Shown here one piece after another: positions 41,996-55,641 of a DNA stretch of 64,000 bases. Position numbers and translations under genes: made by a program. This DNA is from Eledone cirrhosa (lineage: Eukaryota), in contig OZ024743.1 of the NCBI GenBank assembly GCA_964016885.1, forward strand, positions 200,260,001 to 200,324,000, given 5' to 3'. Position 1 is the first letter of the stretch. Each line of letters begins with the position of its first letter. Below the pieces are notes generated by a model. It was not told where the DNA came from. It saw only the letters and a program-made list of their open reading frames with translations, and did no database searches.

Positions 41996-42611
41996 TATGT
42001 GTCACCAAATGTATTAGGTACTCTTTCTGAAAGCAGTATCAATCTAGCTATTCAGAGACACCGGTCTATCGCAGATAACATTCCCCAAAGATTGAACACC
42101 TATTCCAGACAAATTGCTCAATTAGGGTTTCTCAAATTAACTCTCTAATTTCTCCCTCTCTTTAAATACTCTACAAAACGTCTACTTCCCCCGTCCCACA
42201 TGACACGCGACAATCTGTCAGTAAATAAGCTCTATAGGCACGGTTTGCTATGAATATATAGCAGACAAATCTACCCCAAATCAAACCCTATAGGTGTTTA
42301 ATAGAAGTACATTAAACAATGAAGTCCATGTTATACCAAAAAATAACGTCGTTGATAATATGCCTGTTAAGTAATAGCAACAACTTTGAAAACATTCTGT
42401 TATAGAAACTTGAAAGCTTGGTCACATAGCACCGAAAGGCAATCATTACACATCTGAAGGAGCCAAAACCCCAACACCGTATATGTTCTCTTGATTAACA
42501 ATATACTAACAATCCGGTGTATACCAATAAGTGCAAGGTTTGAAATCTCAAATATTAATTATTAAAAGATTTTTTTTTTTTTAAATACAACTGTATCGAA
42601 AAGTTTCCCTT

Positions 42612-42699
<88 letters not shown>

Positions 42700-42802
42700 T
42701 TACACATACACCAATTAAACAAAGTCACAGGTATATATGTGTGTTTTTGCAACTTTTCATTATGTGGCTCAATGGAGAATTAATAAATTAATCACAGCGA
42801 AA

Positions 42803-43131
42803 TACTATAGAGTAAAGTATGTCCAGAGAATTATTTGATAATATATACACATCATCTCTACTCTCAATTAGCATAATTAACCACACAAAAAATCAATTAG
42901 ACCAGGCTATAAGAATAAAAAGCATCTATGAAGAAACAGTAAATAAATACGCTATCGTGGCGTCTTCGCGTGCAACGGCAGCGTATTTATTTACTGTTTC
43001 TTCATAAGATGCCTTTTATTCTTATAGCCTGGTCTAATTGATTTTTTGTGTGGTTAATTATGCTAATTGAGAGTAGAGATGATGTATATATATTATCAAA
43101 TAATTCTCTGGGCATGCTTTATTCTATAGTA
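42803..43131. repeat. Long inverted repeat (arms about 150 bp, 26-nt spacer) ending at (TA)n
   Basis: 42803-42953 is the reverse complement of 42980-43131 with only a few mismatches. Confidence 0.95.
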
Positions 43132-43183
43132 TATATATATATGTGTGTGTGTGTGTATGTGTGTATATATACATATACACACG

Positions 43184-43223
<40 letters not shown>

Positions 43224-43289
43224 GAGAGAGGGGGGAGAGGGGGAGATTTGGATTATACCAGTTTTAAACTAGTAAGACTATTATTCAGC

Positions 43290-43356
43290 AGAATACTCGA
43301 TACTTGGGGGTAGTAGAATGTAAATATAGTAGAGTCGGGCCCCGACGGCTGAGCTG
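43290..43356 (-). mobile_element. Decayed family A fragment
   Basis: gaatactcgatacttgggggtagtaga...cccgacggctgagct. Confidence 0.6.
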
Positions 43357-43837
43357 TTGTCGTTTTGTTCGACAGCAAATTGCAGGCTCTAAAATTTGCT
43401 GTTGAAACGGCAAGTGATACAAATATTTCGGGTGGATTGGGATGGAGCAGGTGCGTGATTAGTTAATTCGGTGAAGCATGAGACTTGGTAGAATGGATAT
43501 AGAGATAAGGTAATACGCCAGTGACCTGGTTCATGAGTAAATATTTTAAACGTTAATAGTGTTAATATTTGATCAGGTATGAGATACACTTGTTAATATA
43601 TTTCTTTAGTAAGACATCGGTCTTATCCTTCTAGCTGACTTCCTAATCATAGCGGGCGTCTTTTCATGACTACTGAATTTACTAGAAAATGCATCCACAA
43701 CACACCATCAAATCAAACCTCACCGTTTTCAAAAACAAACAAAAACAATGGCGTGACACATGGATAATGCATGACTAGATACACTATCACTGAAAGAAAC
43801 GTCACGAAGATCATACGTAGAAATCAAATATCATTTA

Positions 43838-44148
43838 AGGCGGTGATTCCTATTGGTTAGGTTATTTGGTTTACGGTCATAAGGTTTAATTCCCAGTGGC
43901 ACATTGTGTCCTTGAGCAAGACACTCATTCACGCTGCTCCATTTTATGCAGCTGACAATAATGAGTTGTACATTTAATTTAATGTGTCGGCTTTGTCCTA
44001 TCTTGTGTCACGTTGAATCTCCCTGAGACCAACGTTGTGTATACGTGTGTCGATAGAGTGCTCAGTCACCTGCACGTAAATTTCCTGACTATACAGTTCC
44101 GTTGATCGGATTAACTGAAACACTCATCGTCAGAACCGATGGAGGTCC
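43838..44148 (+). mobile_element. SINE related to family 2, with a longer 3' body (decayed)
   Basis: Degenerate tRNA head followed by ttgtgtccttgagcaagacact..ttcacgctgctcca. Confidence 0.65.
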
Positions 44149-45540
44149 ATCACCTGCGATCATGGGACTGTGCGATCATGGGATTGTGCGATCATGTTTG
44201 ACTTGGAAACAAAAGGCAGAAGCAACTGATTTTTTTACGTGATTTTATTTAAATATTTCTTGTGTGAGATGTGAACAATTCTATCAGTCTTGTCATTACT
44301 TTTTACTTCCAGCTATCCTTGTGGGTTTTTATTTTTTTATTCTGTTCATTTTGTTTTGTTTGTTCTTTTCTCAGTCAATTTTTGATATTTGCCAGAGTCT
44401 TTGTCAACCACTTCAACTATTCCTCTTGTCATTCGGCCATCAGTATTCTAGTTTTCACTATCCATTTCTCAAATACAACCGTTATTTTGTTTTGATCTCT
44501 ATAAATAACATGTTAGCGAGGAAGAAGTTTATGATGAGAGCAGCTAGAATCAATGTGTCTTTTGTAAGTGAGAACCATGGCTGTGTTGTTGTTGTGCAAA
44601 TGTCTTTGAGATAAATAAACAGACTAAGAGTAGATCTATCCAAACAGAATTAGGAATGCAGTGGTTATATGGTAAAGTGAAGAGAAGATGTAACTATATA
44701 ATCAGAACAAAACACAGGCTTGTGGAGTGAACAGTTGTTATACTGTTATATATTGTGCAAGACAGTGTGTATGGCAGAGTCGAAATGATGCCAGGGTAAC
44801 AAGCCGTGAGATCAGACGTTCGTATCTTGTCACTGTTACTGTATTGTGCACATCGTTGTCAAAAGACCAAAAATAAGCCCGTCGTTGTAATAAACATAGA
44901 AGAAAAAAACCGTAAGCAACTTTCAGCAGGTAGAGAACAACGCTTCATTCTGTAACAACATACATTGGACCAGCGATCAATCGACCTGCTAGAATGATTT
45001 AGGCCGATCTACACTTGTCATTAGTAAAACCGACACTCTAATTCAAAAGAAATTACATCCGAACATTAGAAATTATTCGTTTACTGGATTCAGTCAATAG
45101 ACTTCGATCAGGCTGGGGTATCGTCACGAATTAAGTCGATCATATCGACCCCAGAACTTATATTTGTAAGCCAGGTACTTATTGGATCGATGTTTTTTTT
45201 TTCTTTTTTCTTTTTTCGAATCGCAAAATTACGGGACATAATCTCAAACACAGACATGTCCAGACGGACACATACATACACGCATAAAATATATATCAAT
45301 TATGTTTCTCAATAAAAGAAAAGGTCAGAGCATCAATTATACAGCAATTTTACACGATATATAAAAGAATATATATCTATATTATCAGATGAGAAACTAC
45401 TAGTATTTTATACATATATAGAGAACAATTAATATGTAAGTAGATATACTTACTTCAAGCTGATAACACTGCCTACAATAACTTAAACAGATCTGTTTCT
45501 GGAAATAGGAGAAAAGACGCAAATAATTGATGCTCTAAAA

Positions 45541-45872
45541 CAGGGACGTGCACAGGCGGCCGGCAGGCCACAATCCAGCCCGCCCGGCCAGTCGGAGTGA
45601 CCCGCGATATCATTTTTAATTTTTACCTTGTAGACAAATTTAGAATTTTTTTCGTAACCGTAATATAATTTTCTGTTAGTTGACCTATACTAAAGGACTT
45701 CGCTGATAGGGTTATGTGTGCTATAATTTCCCAGTTCCATCTTATGGAAAGAAGTTGTAGTGAATCTTTGGAATAGTGTTTAATAAATATTAATGGCCCT
45801 AATAGTTGTTCCAGTGTTCAAAAGTGGCCCGCCAATGAAATATGTTGTACCCCCCCCCCCCACACACACACA
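45541..45872. mobile_element. Non-autonomous hAT-like element with an 8-bp target-site duplication
   Basis: Starts CAGGGACGTGCACA; right TIR overrun by poly-C/(CA)n; ggcccgc subterminal motifs; flanks ctctaaaa (45533-45540) and ctctaaac (45873-45880). Confidence 0.7.
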
Positions 45873-46091
45873 CTCTAAACTAATATTCACGGAGCTCTTT
45901 TATTGCGAAACATAATCGATATATATTTTATATGTATGGATTAACCTAAATTTAGTAGTGGTAAGAAACTATCAGAAGAGCTGAATAACAAAAGGTCTTC
46001 AGAGAAGACGAGTGTTTCGGTCCTTAACACCTTTTTAACTATTTTTCTTTTTAGTTGACCGAGTTGCCTTAATTGGGCTTGTTTGGTTCTA

Positions 46092-46156
<65 letters not shown>

Positions 46157-46227
46157 TATATATATATACACACATATATATTATGGAATACTGTTGGCTT
46201 CTTGCTACAATAATTTCTATACTTTTC

Positions 46228-46276
<49 letters not shown>

Positions 46277-46278
<2 letters not shown>

Positions 46279-46336
46279 AAAAGAGTCAGGACCCCGACGG
46301 CTGAGCTCCGGCCGTTTCGACAGCTAGATCCGAACT
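46277..46336 (-). mobile_element. Family A fragment (hammerhead 3' half) joined to (TA)n
   Basis: Near-exact reverse complement of 10963-11022. Confidence 0.85.
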
Positions 46337-46430
46337 AAGCCACCAATACACACACACACATATACACATATATATATATATTAGTGTGTGTGTGTGTGTA
46401 CATATATACATATATCATAATATATACGAG

Positions 46431-46529
<99 letters not shown>

Positions 46530-46552
46530 GTGTGTGCGTGTGTGTGTGTGTG

Positions 46553-46591
<39 letters not shown>

Positions 46592-46927
46592 TTTTCTATG
46601 GACTTTCAAACAACCTCAAGGCAGGATGAAGCAATTATAAGATCTATAGATAAAAAAAAAATGCAGATTAAATTAGTAACCTTCATTTCTATTTATGATT
46701 TTGTTGTTGTTTTGTCGTTGTAGTTTTCACAATTAAGTACAATGCGGATATCAATAGAGAATTGTGTTTCCTTCCGTCGAATTAGAATTTCTTGTAAATT
46801 CATTCAAGATGTTGACGCTTAACATTAATTATGGAATATACCTTTCCTTTCTCTATCGACGACCACAATCGTTTATATATATATTTCTCTCTATCTCTCT
46901 CTCTCTCCCTCTCCCCCTCTCTCTCTC

Positions 46928-46983
<56 letters not shown>

Positions 46984-47167
46984 AAGCCAATAGTTCAACT
47001 GATGCCATTTTTCTCGATTTAACCATTCACACCAAGCTACGCGGAAAATTGAACAGGAAGTGCTTATACACCTCAGTTCTTACCCGCACACGCATACACA
47101 TATGCATGCATAAACACAAACACACAAACACACACACACATATATATATATTTATTTATATGTATGC

Positions 47168-47215
<48 letters not shown>

Positions 47216-47240
47216 ATATATATGTATATATATATATATA

Positions 47241-47314
<74 letters not shown>

Positions 47315-47385
47315 TATATATACATACATATATATATATATATACATACATACATATATATACATATATATATACATACATATAT

Positions 47386-47465
<80 letters not shown>

Positions 47466-47771
47466 GTATATATGTATATAAGCTTAGACGGTTTCGACGT
47501 TGACTATTCCACTTGATCAATCAACCGAACTACCTACTCATTGTATTATAGTATAATGGTCGAGTATTCCCCTCCGATACTATATTCCTTACCCCAATAA
47601 TAATCAGGCAGAATCTGCGTAACATACATACACTCAGACATACACAGACACTCACCCCACACCCACACCCACACACACACACAGACTCATTCACAGACTC
47701 CGCCCACACACAGACACAGCTTCACTCACAACCCCCTCCCTTCCACACACACATACACATATATGTATGTT

Positions 47772-47820
<49 letters not shown>

Positions 47821-47837
47821 TGTATGTGTGTGTGTTT

Positions 47838-47945
<108 letters not shown>

Positions 47946-48335
47946 TATGTATATATATATATGTTTATTCAAATGATTAACGAGTCCCCAAAATACATTA
48001 AAAGAATGAAGACAAAGTGTTTTATTCAGAATTTTCAGTCTAAAGAAACCAACATCTGAAAATATAAGATCTGTTTTGTTTTGGTTAATAGTCGACATTT
48101 GAAAAAAATATGAGCTTTAGTTAGTCTAAAGTTAGTCTAAAGTTAGTCTAAAAGATGTTGAAGGAACAGATAATAGCTTGTCGGGTATTTTTTTTTCTTT
48201 CCCTCTCTTAAATGTAATGTTTAAAAAACTGAATGGTAGAAACCATACATATTGCAGTTGATTAACGGTTGAAAAATCCGTAGTTGGAGAGAAATCTTTA
48301 AATCGTATTCTTCCAAGTTCAGCGAAGAAACTCGT

Positions 48336-48562
48336 AACGATAATTTTGAGGACCCAATTATGCCTCCAGTAATAGGTTCCCTCACCTAGTGTTTGGAAGC
48401 ACCTGCATAAGATATGTTCAAGGGTTGATGCTTTGGAACAAATGAGTCATGCTGGTGAAACCTCTGAATCAAAAGCTTGATCCTTTTGGGGTTCCACTTG
48501 CAGAAGGTCAGCCAGGCTATTTGTTGCGCGGCCATTTGCTTCAAATTCATCTAAGCACCATT
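48336..48562 (-). mobile_element. Decayed RLE-type non-LTR retrotransposon fragment (HERO-like zinc-finger region)
   Basis: Minus-strand translation ..ADLLQVEPQ(fs)RIKLLI..SPA*LICSKASTLEHILCRCFQTLGEGTYYWRHNWVL matches the CCHC plus G.Y.WRH(D/N).VL motif. Confidence 0.75.
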
Positions 48563-48897
48563 TTATCACAATAACTCTCGTCTGGTTGCTCGCTCGTTCT
48601 CCTACACCGAAATCTGCACCTCACGCTGCACCAACTTCAGGATCTTTCATACTTGCCGTGTCTAATCGGATTGGCGCCACACACGTGCGTATAAGATTTG
48701 ACTGTCTTCTACATCCTTCCAGTTTTCACAGCAATTCCAGCTCCAGCTACTATAGGGTCCCTCGATCGGCTATACTGAAGGATGTTCTAACTCACGTGAC
48801 ACCATGAACTCCTCACTCCCTATACACACACATACAGGAGCGAGGGCGCATGCACACACGCACACACACACACACACACAAACACACATATTATATG

Positions 48898-48931
<34 letters not shown>

Positions 48932-48958
48932 TACACACATACACACATATATACAAAA

Positions 48959-49016
<58 letters not shown>

Positions 49017-49247
49017 GGTGGGGGCTGTGGTGTGGTATATTTGTGTGTCTGTGTGTCTGTGTGTATTTCTTTCTAATCTTTGTTAAACAGTTACTCACCT
49101 GATAAATCAACTTCTAATCCCAAAGATTAAAGAATTATCACTATACACCTTATCAGATATATAGAGTTATACTCATACAAAGAGAAAACTGCTTTTAGGC
49201 GGTTTCATCCTTGTTTAGGCTTCATATATTCATGCATATATACATAC

Positions 49248-49334
<87 letters not shown>

Positions 49335-49376
49335 ACACACACACATATATATGTATATATGCGAGTGTGTGTAAGT

Positions 49377-49416
<40 letters not shown>

Positions 49417-49806
49417 TGCATCTATGCATAAATGTATGTATGTACATATGTATGTGTGTGTGTGTTTTTTATTTACTCACTGGTTTCAATTTTTAATGGT
49501 ACTTATTTTACTGATCATTCTTTTGTCGAATCAGACTCAGACTCAAACATACGAACACACTCGCAGACAGACACATACATACAAATGCAAACACGCATAC
49601 ATGCACACTTAAAAAACTTTCAAAGCACAGTCATTGCTTGTTCAGGATATGTTAAAGGTTTGTGTGGCTGGCCGTAGCCTAAAAGTGCACCATATTCTGT
49701 AATCTGACAAGCGATTTCAGTACTCTTAGTACAGTTTGCAGCCATCATATATATATATATATATGAGTGTATGAATGTAGGTATATATATATATATATAT
49801 ATATAT

Positions 49807-49992
49807 AGGCACAAGTATGACCCCGACGGCAGAGCTCAAGCCGTTTCGACGGCTATGTCCAGAAATAGCCGTCGAAACGGCTTGAGCTCTGCCGTCGGGG
49901 TCATACTTGTTCCTGTTAACCACTCTACTACCCTAAGTATTGAGTACTTTGGGGCGTTATTTTCCATCTGGTTCCTTACCACAATTCCTTCG

Positions 49993-49993
<1 letters not shown>
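49807..49993 (+). mobile_element. Family A palindromic mini-element between two (TA)n tracts
   Basis: 50-bp arms at 49807-49856 and 49865-49914 with one mismatch and an 8-nt loop, followed by the family A tail ending cttcgt|TATATA. Confidence 0.92.
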
Positions 49994-50061
<68 letters not shown>

Positions 50062-50094
50062 TATATATATGTGTGTGTGTATGCGTGTAAGTGT

Positions 50095-50129
<35 letters not shown>

Positions 50130-50398
50130 AGTGTATGTGTACGTGTGTGTGTGTGTGTGTATATGTGTGTGTGTGAGTGCAGTTATGGATACCATTGCTG
50201 TGTGGATATGTCTATTCTGTATCTCTACGTATATATATATATCCTCTCTAGTTCGGCATAAATATTCTATATTCCACTAATCTTAATACTATATTAACAT
50301 CTGCTAGGCAGATAGTTCCCACTTCTGTTGACGCCTTCTTTTCTCAGTCCCATAACCTTGTGTATGTTTATATATATGTATGTATATATGCATGTACG

Positions 50399-50458
<60 letters not shown>

Positions 50459-50589
50459 GATAAATCTACCAAAAGTTTACGGTAGTGTCCAATCCGTATG
50501 AAGAACTCAATGTAATACGGATATCATGAAAAGAGAAGATGCATTCAAAAACTACTTTCGGTGAAAAATAAACGGAAAACAGAGTCAAG

Positions 50590-50767
50590 ATAAATTAATA
50601 AAATAATGAATAAACAAAGAACCAGTTCCTTATATGTATAAATATTGTACATAGATCTAAAGAATATGCATACCAACTCTAACACATATATATCCTAGAA
50701 ACGATCGTAAAATGATGAATTTTTTTAATATAAGGAACTGGTTCTTTGTTTATTCATTATTTTATTA

Positions 50768-50773
<6 letters not shown>
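50590..50773. repeat. 46-bp inverted repeat with 92-nt spacer, ending at (TA)n
   Basis: ataaattaataaaataatgaataaacaaagaaccagttccttatat and its reverse complement at 50728-50773. Confidence 0.9.
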
Positions 50774-50853
<80 letters not shown>

Positions 50854-50880
50854 GTGTATATATATATAGGAACGAGTAGG

Positions 50881-50976
50881 ACCCCGGCGGCTGAGCTCAG
50901 GCCGTTTCGACGGCTAATTCTGGACTAAATGAAAATTGTTATCCTCGTATATGAATAGCCGAGCTTCTCAGGGGGT
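50881..50976 (-). ncRNA. Hammerhead-like motif in the inverted pseudo-LTR
   Basis: Reverse complement acccc-CTGAGAA-gctcggcta...tagccgtc-GAAAC-ggcctgagctcagcc-GCC-ggggt; the triplet reads GCC. Confidence 0.55.
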
Positions 50977-51442
50977 AATTCCATATATGGTAAAAGTGAT
51001 TGTCACAAGGATTGGTCAAAAGTGTGTTGTTGAGTCACATAATTCTATCATGGCAATTTGTGGAAGGAAGCGGTAGCTGAATCTGCCAGTAGAAGAAAGA
51101 GGGAGAGGGAGTGGAGGAAACCTAGTCGTGCGTTGATAGTGCCACTACAGCAGGGTAGGAGGTCAAGCAAGTATACTAGGGTGGGGGAGGGGGATGAAGT
51201 CGAAACAATAAGTAAATCAATATGGAGTAAATATATAGAAGAATACCAAGAATGTTAAAAGTATAAAAAAATAATTTCTGGTTACTATTCCCTAACGACA
51301 GTCATCAAGTCTCTCACTGGTACTGCTAAACTATAGAAAAGTTTACTAGGTGGGACGAAATTGTAATGAGACCATTTTAAGAGTTAGTAGTAATCAACCG
51401 AGTATATCTTACGGTGACAGGTCAACAAGTGGGGGGCCAAAA

Positions 51443-53035
51443 TCAGTAAAAAAAATCCTAGACCGCGTTATACCAAAAGTTAACCAAAACGCCAGACTTA
51501 GCCTATGGGTCAACACCCAGGAAGTAATCTCATGGTTCAGAAATATGGAGGACAAACGAGACACAAAATTCAACCAGTATGACAAAGAGAGATACTATGC
51601 TTCAATTACCTTACCGCTAATTACGGCTGCCTTGCACTTTGCCGATACACTTGCGCCCATCACCGACAAGGAAAGAAACATCATCCTCCACGCCAGGAAG
51701 ACATTCCTACTTTTCGACAACTCCAAATGGATAAAGAGAGCTCCCGACTCGCCCTTCGACGTCAGCATGGGCGCGACGGATTCGGCTGAGGTCACAGATC
51801 TTATAGGATTATTCCTACTAGTTAAACTCACCGATATGTTTCCTGCATTCGGCGGTGGATTGTACCGTGATGATGGGCTCCTTACCCTTAAAGGGTACAA
51901 CCCCAGTAGTACAGACCGGGTCCGTAAACAATTAATCAGCTTCTTCCGCGACTGGGGATTTAAAATAACCCTACAAACGTCCCTGACCCGAGTAAACTTC
52001 CTGGACGTTACCCTTGACCTCGATAATGATCTGTACTGGAAACCCAACGACAACCTGCAGTACATCCACCGCCGGTCAAACCATCATAGGAACATCACCA
52101 ATAACCTGGTTAAAAACATCTCCCTCCGCATATCTCGTTTGTCCGCTAATGAGCAGATATTCGAGGAATTTGCGCCTTATTACAACCAGGCCTTCAAGCA
52201 GAGTGGTTTCCGGGAGTAAATATCCTACTGTCCAGCTTCCATTAGCGGAACCAGCAGGCGACACCGCCGCTCACGCAATGTAACATGGTTCAATTCTCCC
52301 CACAACGCCGAGGTGACAACTCCTATCGGAAAAATCTTCTTTAGGCTCATCGAAAAACACTTCCCACTACAACACCGCTACCACAACATAATCAACAAAA
52401 ATACCATCAAACTCTCCTACAGCACCACACCAAACTTTGCACAAAACATCGTCTCCTCTAACAACAAAAAACTCAACCCCTATGTAAGAAATAACCTAAA
52501 TAGCAGTGGAGAGCCGACCAGGAGGTGCAACTGTCCTGATGGATCCATTTTCCCCCTCGACAACAGATGCAGAGATCGTAATGTGATCTACCAGTGCAAC
52601 GTGAGGACGGACACCTCCAACAAAGCTTATATAGGATTAACCGCATGTGACTTCAAGACCCGGCTATACCAACACAGACATACTATCCGAAGCCCGGCCC
52701 GGCGTCACGCCACCACACTTTCGGGCCACATCTGGGACCTCAAAGGTAACAATATTACCTATGATCTCACTTGGAGCTTACTGTCCAGAGCCAACTCTTA
52801 CACGGGAGGACGCCGTCCGTGCAATTTATGCTCGGAGGAAACTTTACAAATGCTGTTTTCGACGGACCAACTCCTAAACAAGAAAGACGAACTGGTAACT
52901 GCATGCAAACACAGATTGCGTAGGACTTACCTCGCCCTCAAACCCCATAATGACCCGGGGGGGGGGGGGGTAGACAAGGGCTGTAACATCCCACTTGCCG
53001 ACTTTTTTATGGGTAACCCCTGCTTGCAAAGGTAA
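51443..53035 (+). pseudogene. PLE polyprotein (reverse transcriptase, linker, GIY-YIG endonuclease) with one in-frame TAA at 52217-52219
   Basis: QYD...YYASI, FDVSMGATDSAE, GLYRDDGL, VNFLDVTLDL, YIHRRSNH; same frame continues RNVTWFNSP..IGKIF..LIEKHFP, CNC..C, VIYQ..YIG..FKTRLYQH, TTLSGHIW, CNLC. The two track ORFs 51350-52219 and 52313-53035 are in one frame. Confidence 0.93.
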
Positions 53036-53592
53036 CCCCTGCTTTAATTTCTCGTACATCAGTATTTTTTTTTTTTGGTGGGGGATTCTGAATTAATTTT
53101 CCGTATCAAATTTTTCATATACTTCGTACGAGCATTTATGTAGTTTGCACTAGAATTCTTGTATCGTAGCGGCACCCTTAGAGATAGTATTAGTATTCAT
53201 TTTCGGGATTCTGAATTATTATTTTGTATTAGTTTATTTTTTGCACTGGGTGGTTGCTGGCCTTGTGCCTAGGGAAGAAACAATTATTTCGTATTGTTTT
53301 TTTATACTTTTAACATTCTCGGTATTCTTCTATATACTTACTCCATATTGATTTACTTATTGTTTCGACTACCTCCCCCTCCCCCTCCCTAGTATACTTA
53401 CTTGACCTCCTGCCCTGCTGTAGTTGGCACTATCAACGCACGACTGGGTTTCCTCCACTCCCTCTCCCTCTTTCTTCTACTGGCAGGTTCAGCTACCGCT
53501 TCCTTCCACAAATTGCCATGATAGAATTATGTGTCTCAACAACAAACTTTTGACAAATCCTTGTGACAATCACTTTTACCATATATGGAATT

Positions 53593-53688
53593 ACCCCCTG
53601 AGAAGCTCGGCTATACATATACCAGGATAAAAATGTTCATTTAGTCCAGAATTAGCCGTCGAAACGGCTTGAGCTCAGCCGTTGGCGT
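53593..53688 (+). ncRNA. Hammerhead-like motif in the 3' pseudo-LTR
   Basis: acccc-CTGAGAA-gctcggcta...tagccgtc-GAAAC-ggcttgagctcagcc-GTT-ggcgt; other copies give the consensus GTC-ggggt. Confidence 0.6.
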
Positions 53689-54711
53689 CCTACTCGTTTC
53701 TATTACCCACTCTACTACTCTAAGTATTGAGTACTTCGGTGCGTTATGGTCCACCTGGTTCCTTACCACATTTCCTTCGTTATGTATATATATATATATG
53801 AATATATGTATGTATGAATGTATGTATGTATGTATAAAAGTATGTATGCGTGTGTATGTATATATATGAATGTATGTATGTATGAATATATGTATGTATG
53901 TATGAATGTATGTATGCGTGTGTATGTATATATATGAATGTATGTATGAATATATGTATGTATGTATGTATCTTTATATGTATGTATGTATTATGTATGT
54001 ATGCAATTTTATATGTATGTATGTATATATGTATGTATTATGTATGAATGTATGTATGTATATTTATGAATGTATGTATGATTGCATGTTTATATGCATG
54101 TATATGTGTGTGTGTATGAATGTATGTATGTATGAATGTAAGTATGTATGAATATATATATATATGTATGTAATATATTTATTTATGTATGTGTGAATGT
54201 GTGTAAGTATGTATACGTATGAATATATATATATATACACATCCATGTATGCATATATTTGGATAGATATCCATGTAGTTATGTATCTATGTTTATATGT
54301 ACGTATGTGTGTGTATATGTGTGATTCAGTAAAGGCAAATTGGTGTTTGGCGTGTCGGTTTCAAAGTTCGACGTATAATAATTAAGATTCCAAACAAAAT
54401 TGTTAAAACAAAGAGTGTGAAACAAGATCTTCAGGTTAGTATTGTTTACAAATTATGGCTCATACAATTGGAGATAAACGTAGGTGATACTCCAATACAT
54501 TGCTGTTATGTATGAACAAGGAACCTTCCATGGTTACAATAGTATTTACTTATGGCTGCGTGGGTATGGTAGGGAAAATCAATGGGTTGAAAAAGTCATC
54601 TTCGCATTCTGATGGTTTATGGTTCAGTACAACCACGCAGCATGAAATAAAACTTCTATTACTAGATACTCGTTTTTATGTGACCAACACCATCATGTGA
54701 TTGGAATTAAC

Positions 54712-55194
<483 letters not shown>

Positions 55195-55563
55195 TATATA
55201 TATATATACACAGAGATATCCACGGTAAGTTGTGGGGTCTATTCTGCATGAAGAACTCAATGTAATCCAAATGTTGAAGATAAATCCCGGAAAACAATAA
55301 AACATTAAAAGGAAAACAGTCATGATATAAGTTAAAACAATGAAATAAAAAAATGATATAAAAAACAATGAAATAAAAAATCAAGTCATTAGAGATATAC
55401 TTCACTGCTTTACAAACGTTTCTAGATGATGATAATACATTGTAGTTATACTTCGTTATTGATCTATGTAAGGTTAGTTACAAAATAAGAGAATATTTAC
55501 TTACATGCATATCACCAGCTGTTTTCAAAAGCAATGACTTGATTTTTTATTTCATTGTTTTAA

Positions 55564-55641
<78 letters not shown>

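Larger units (their letters stand above)
50869..53781 (+). mobile_element. Penelope-like retroelement, 5'-truncated, with inverted 5' pseudo-LTR, inserted in (TA)n
   Basis: RT plus C-terminal GIY-YIG ORF; about 50869-51270 is the reverse complement of about 53297-53700; TA-rich repeats on both sides. Confidence 0.93.

Noticed and set aside
45995-46025. Minus-strand GAAAC-actc-GTC-ttct-CTGAAGA hammerhead-like string
   Set aside because: No stem I can form and stem II pairing is unconvincing.
52217-52219. Selenocysteine readthrough as in some Naiad PLEs
   Set aside because: The stop is TAA, not TGA, and the domain order is RT then endonuclease, not the Naiad order.
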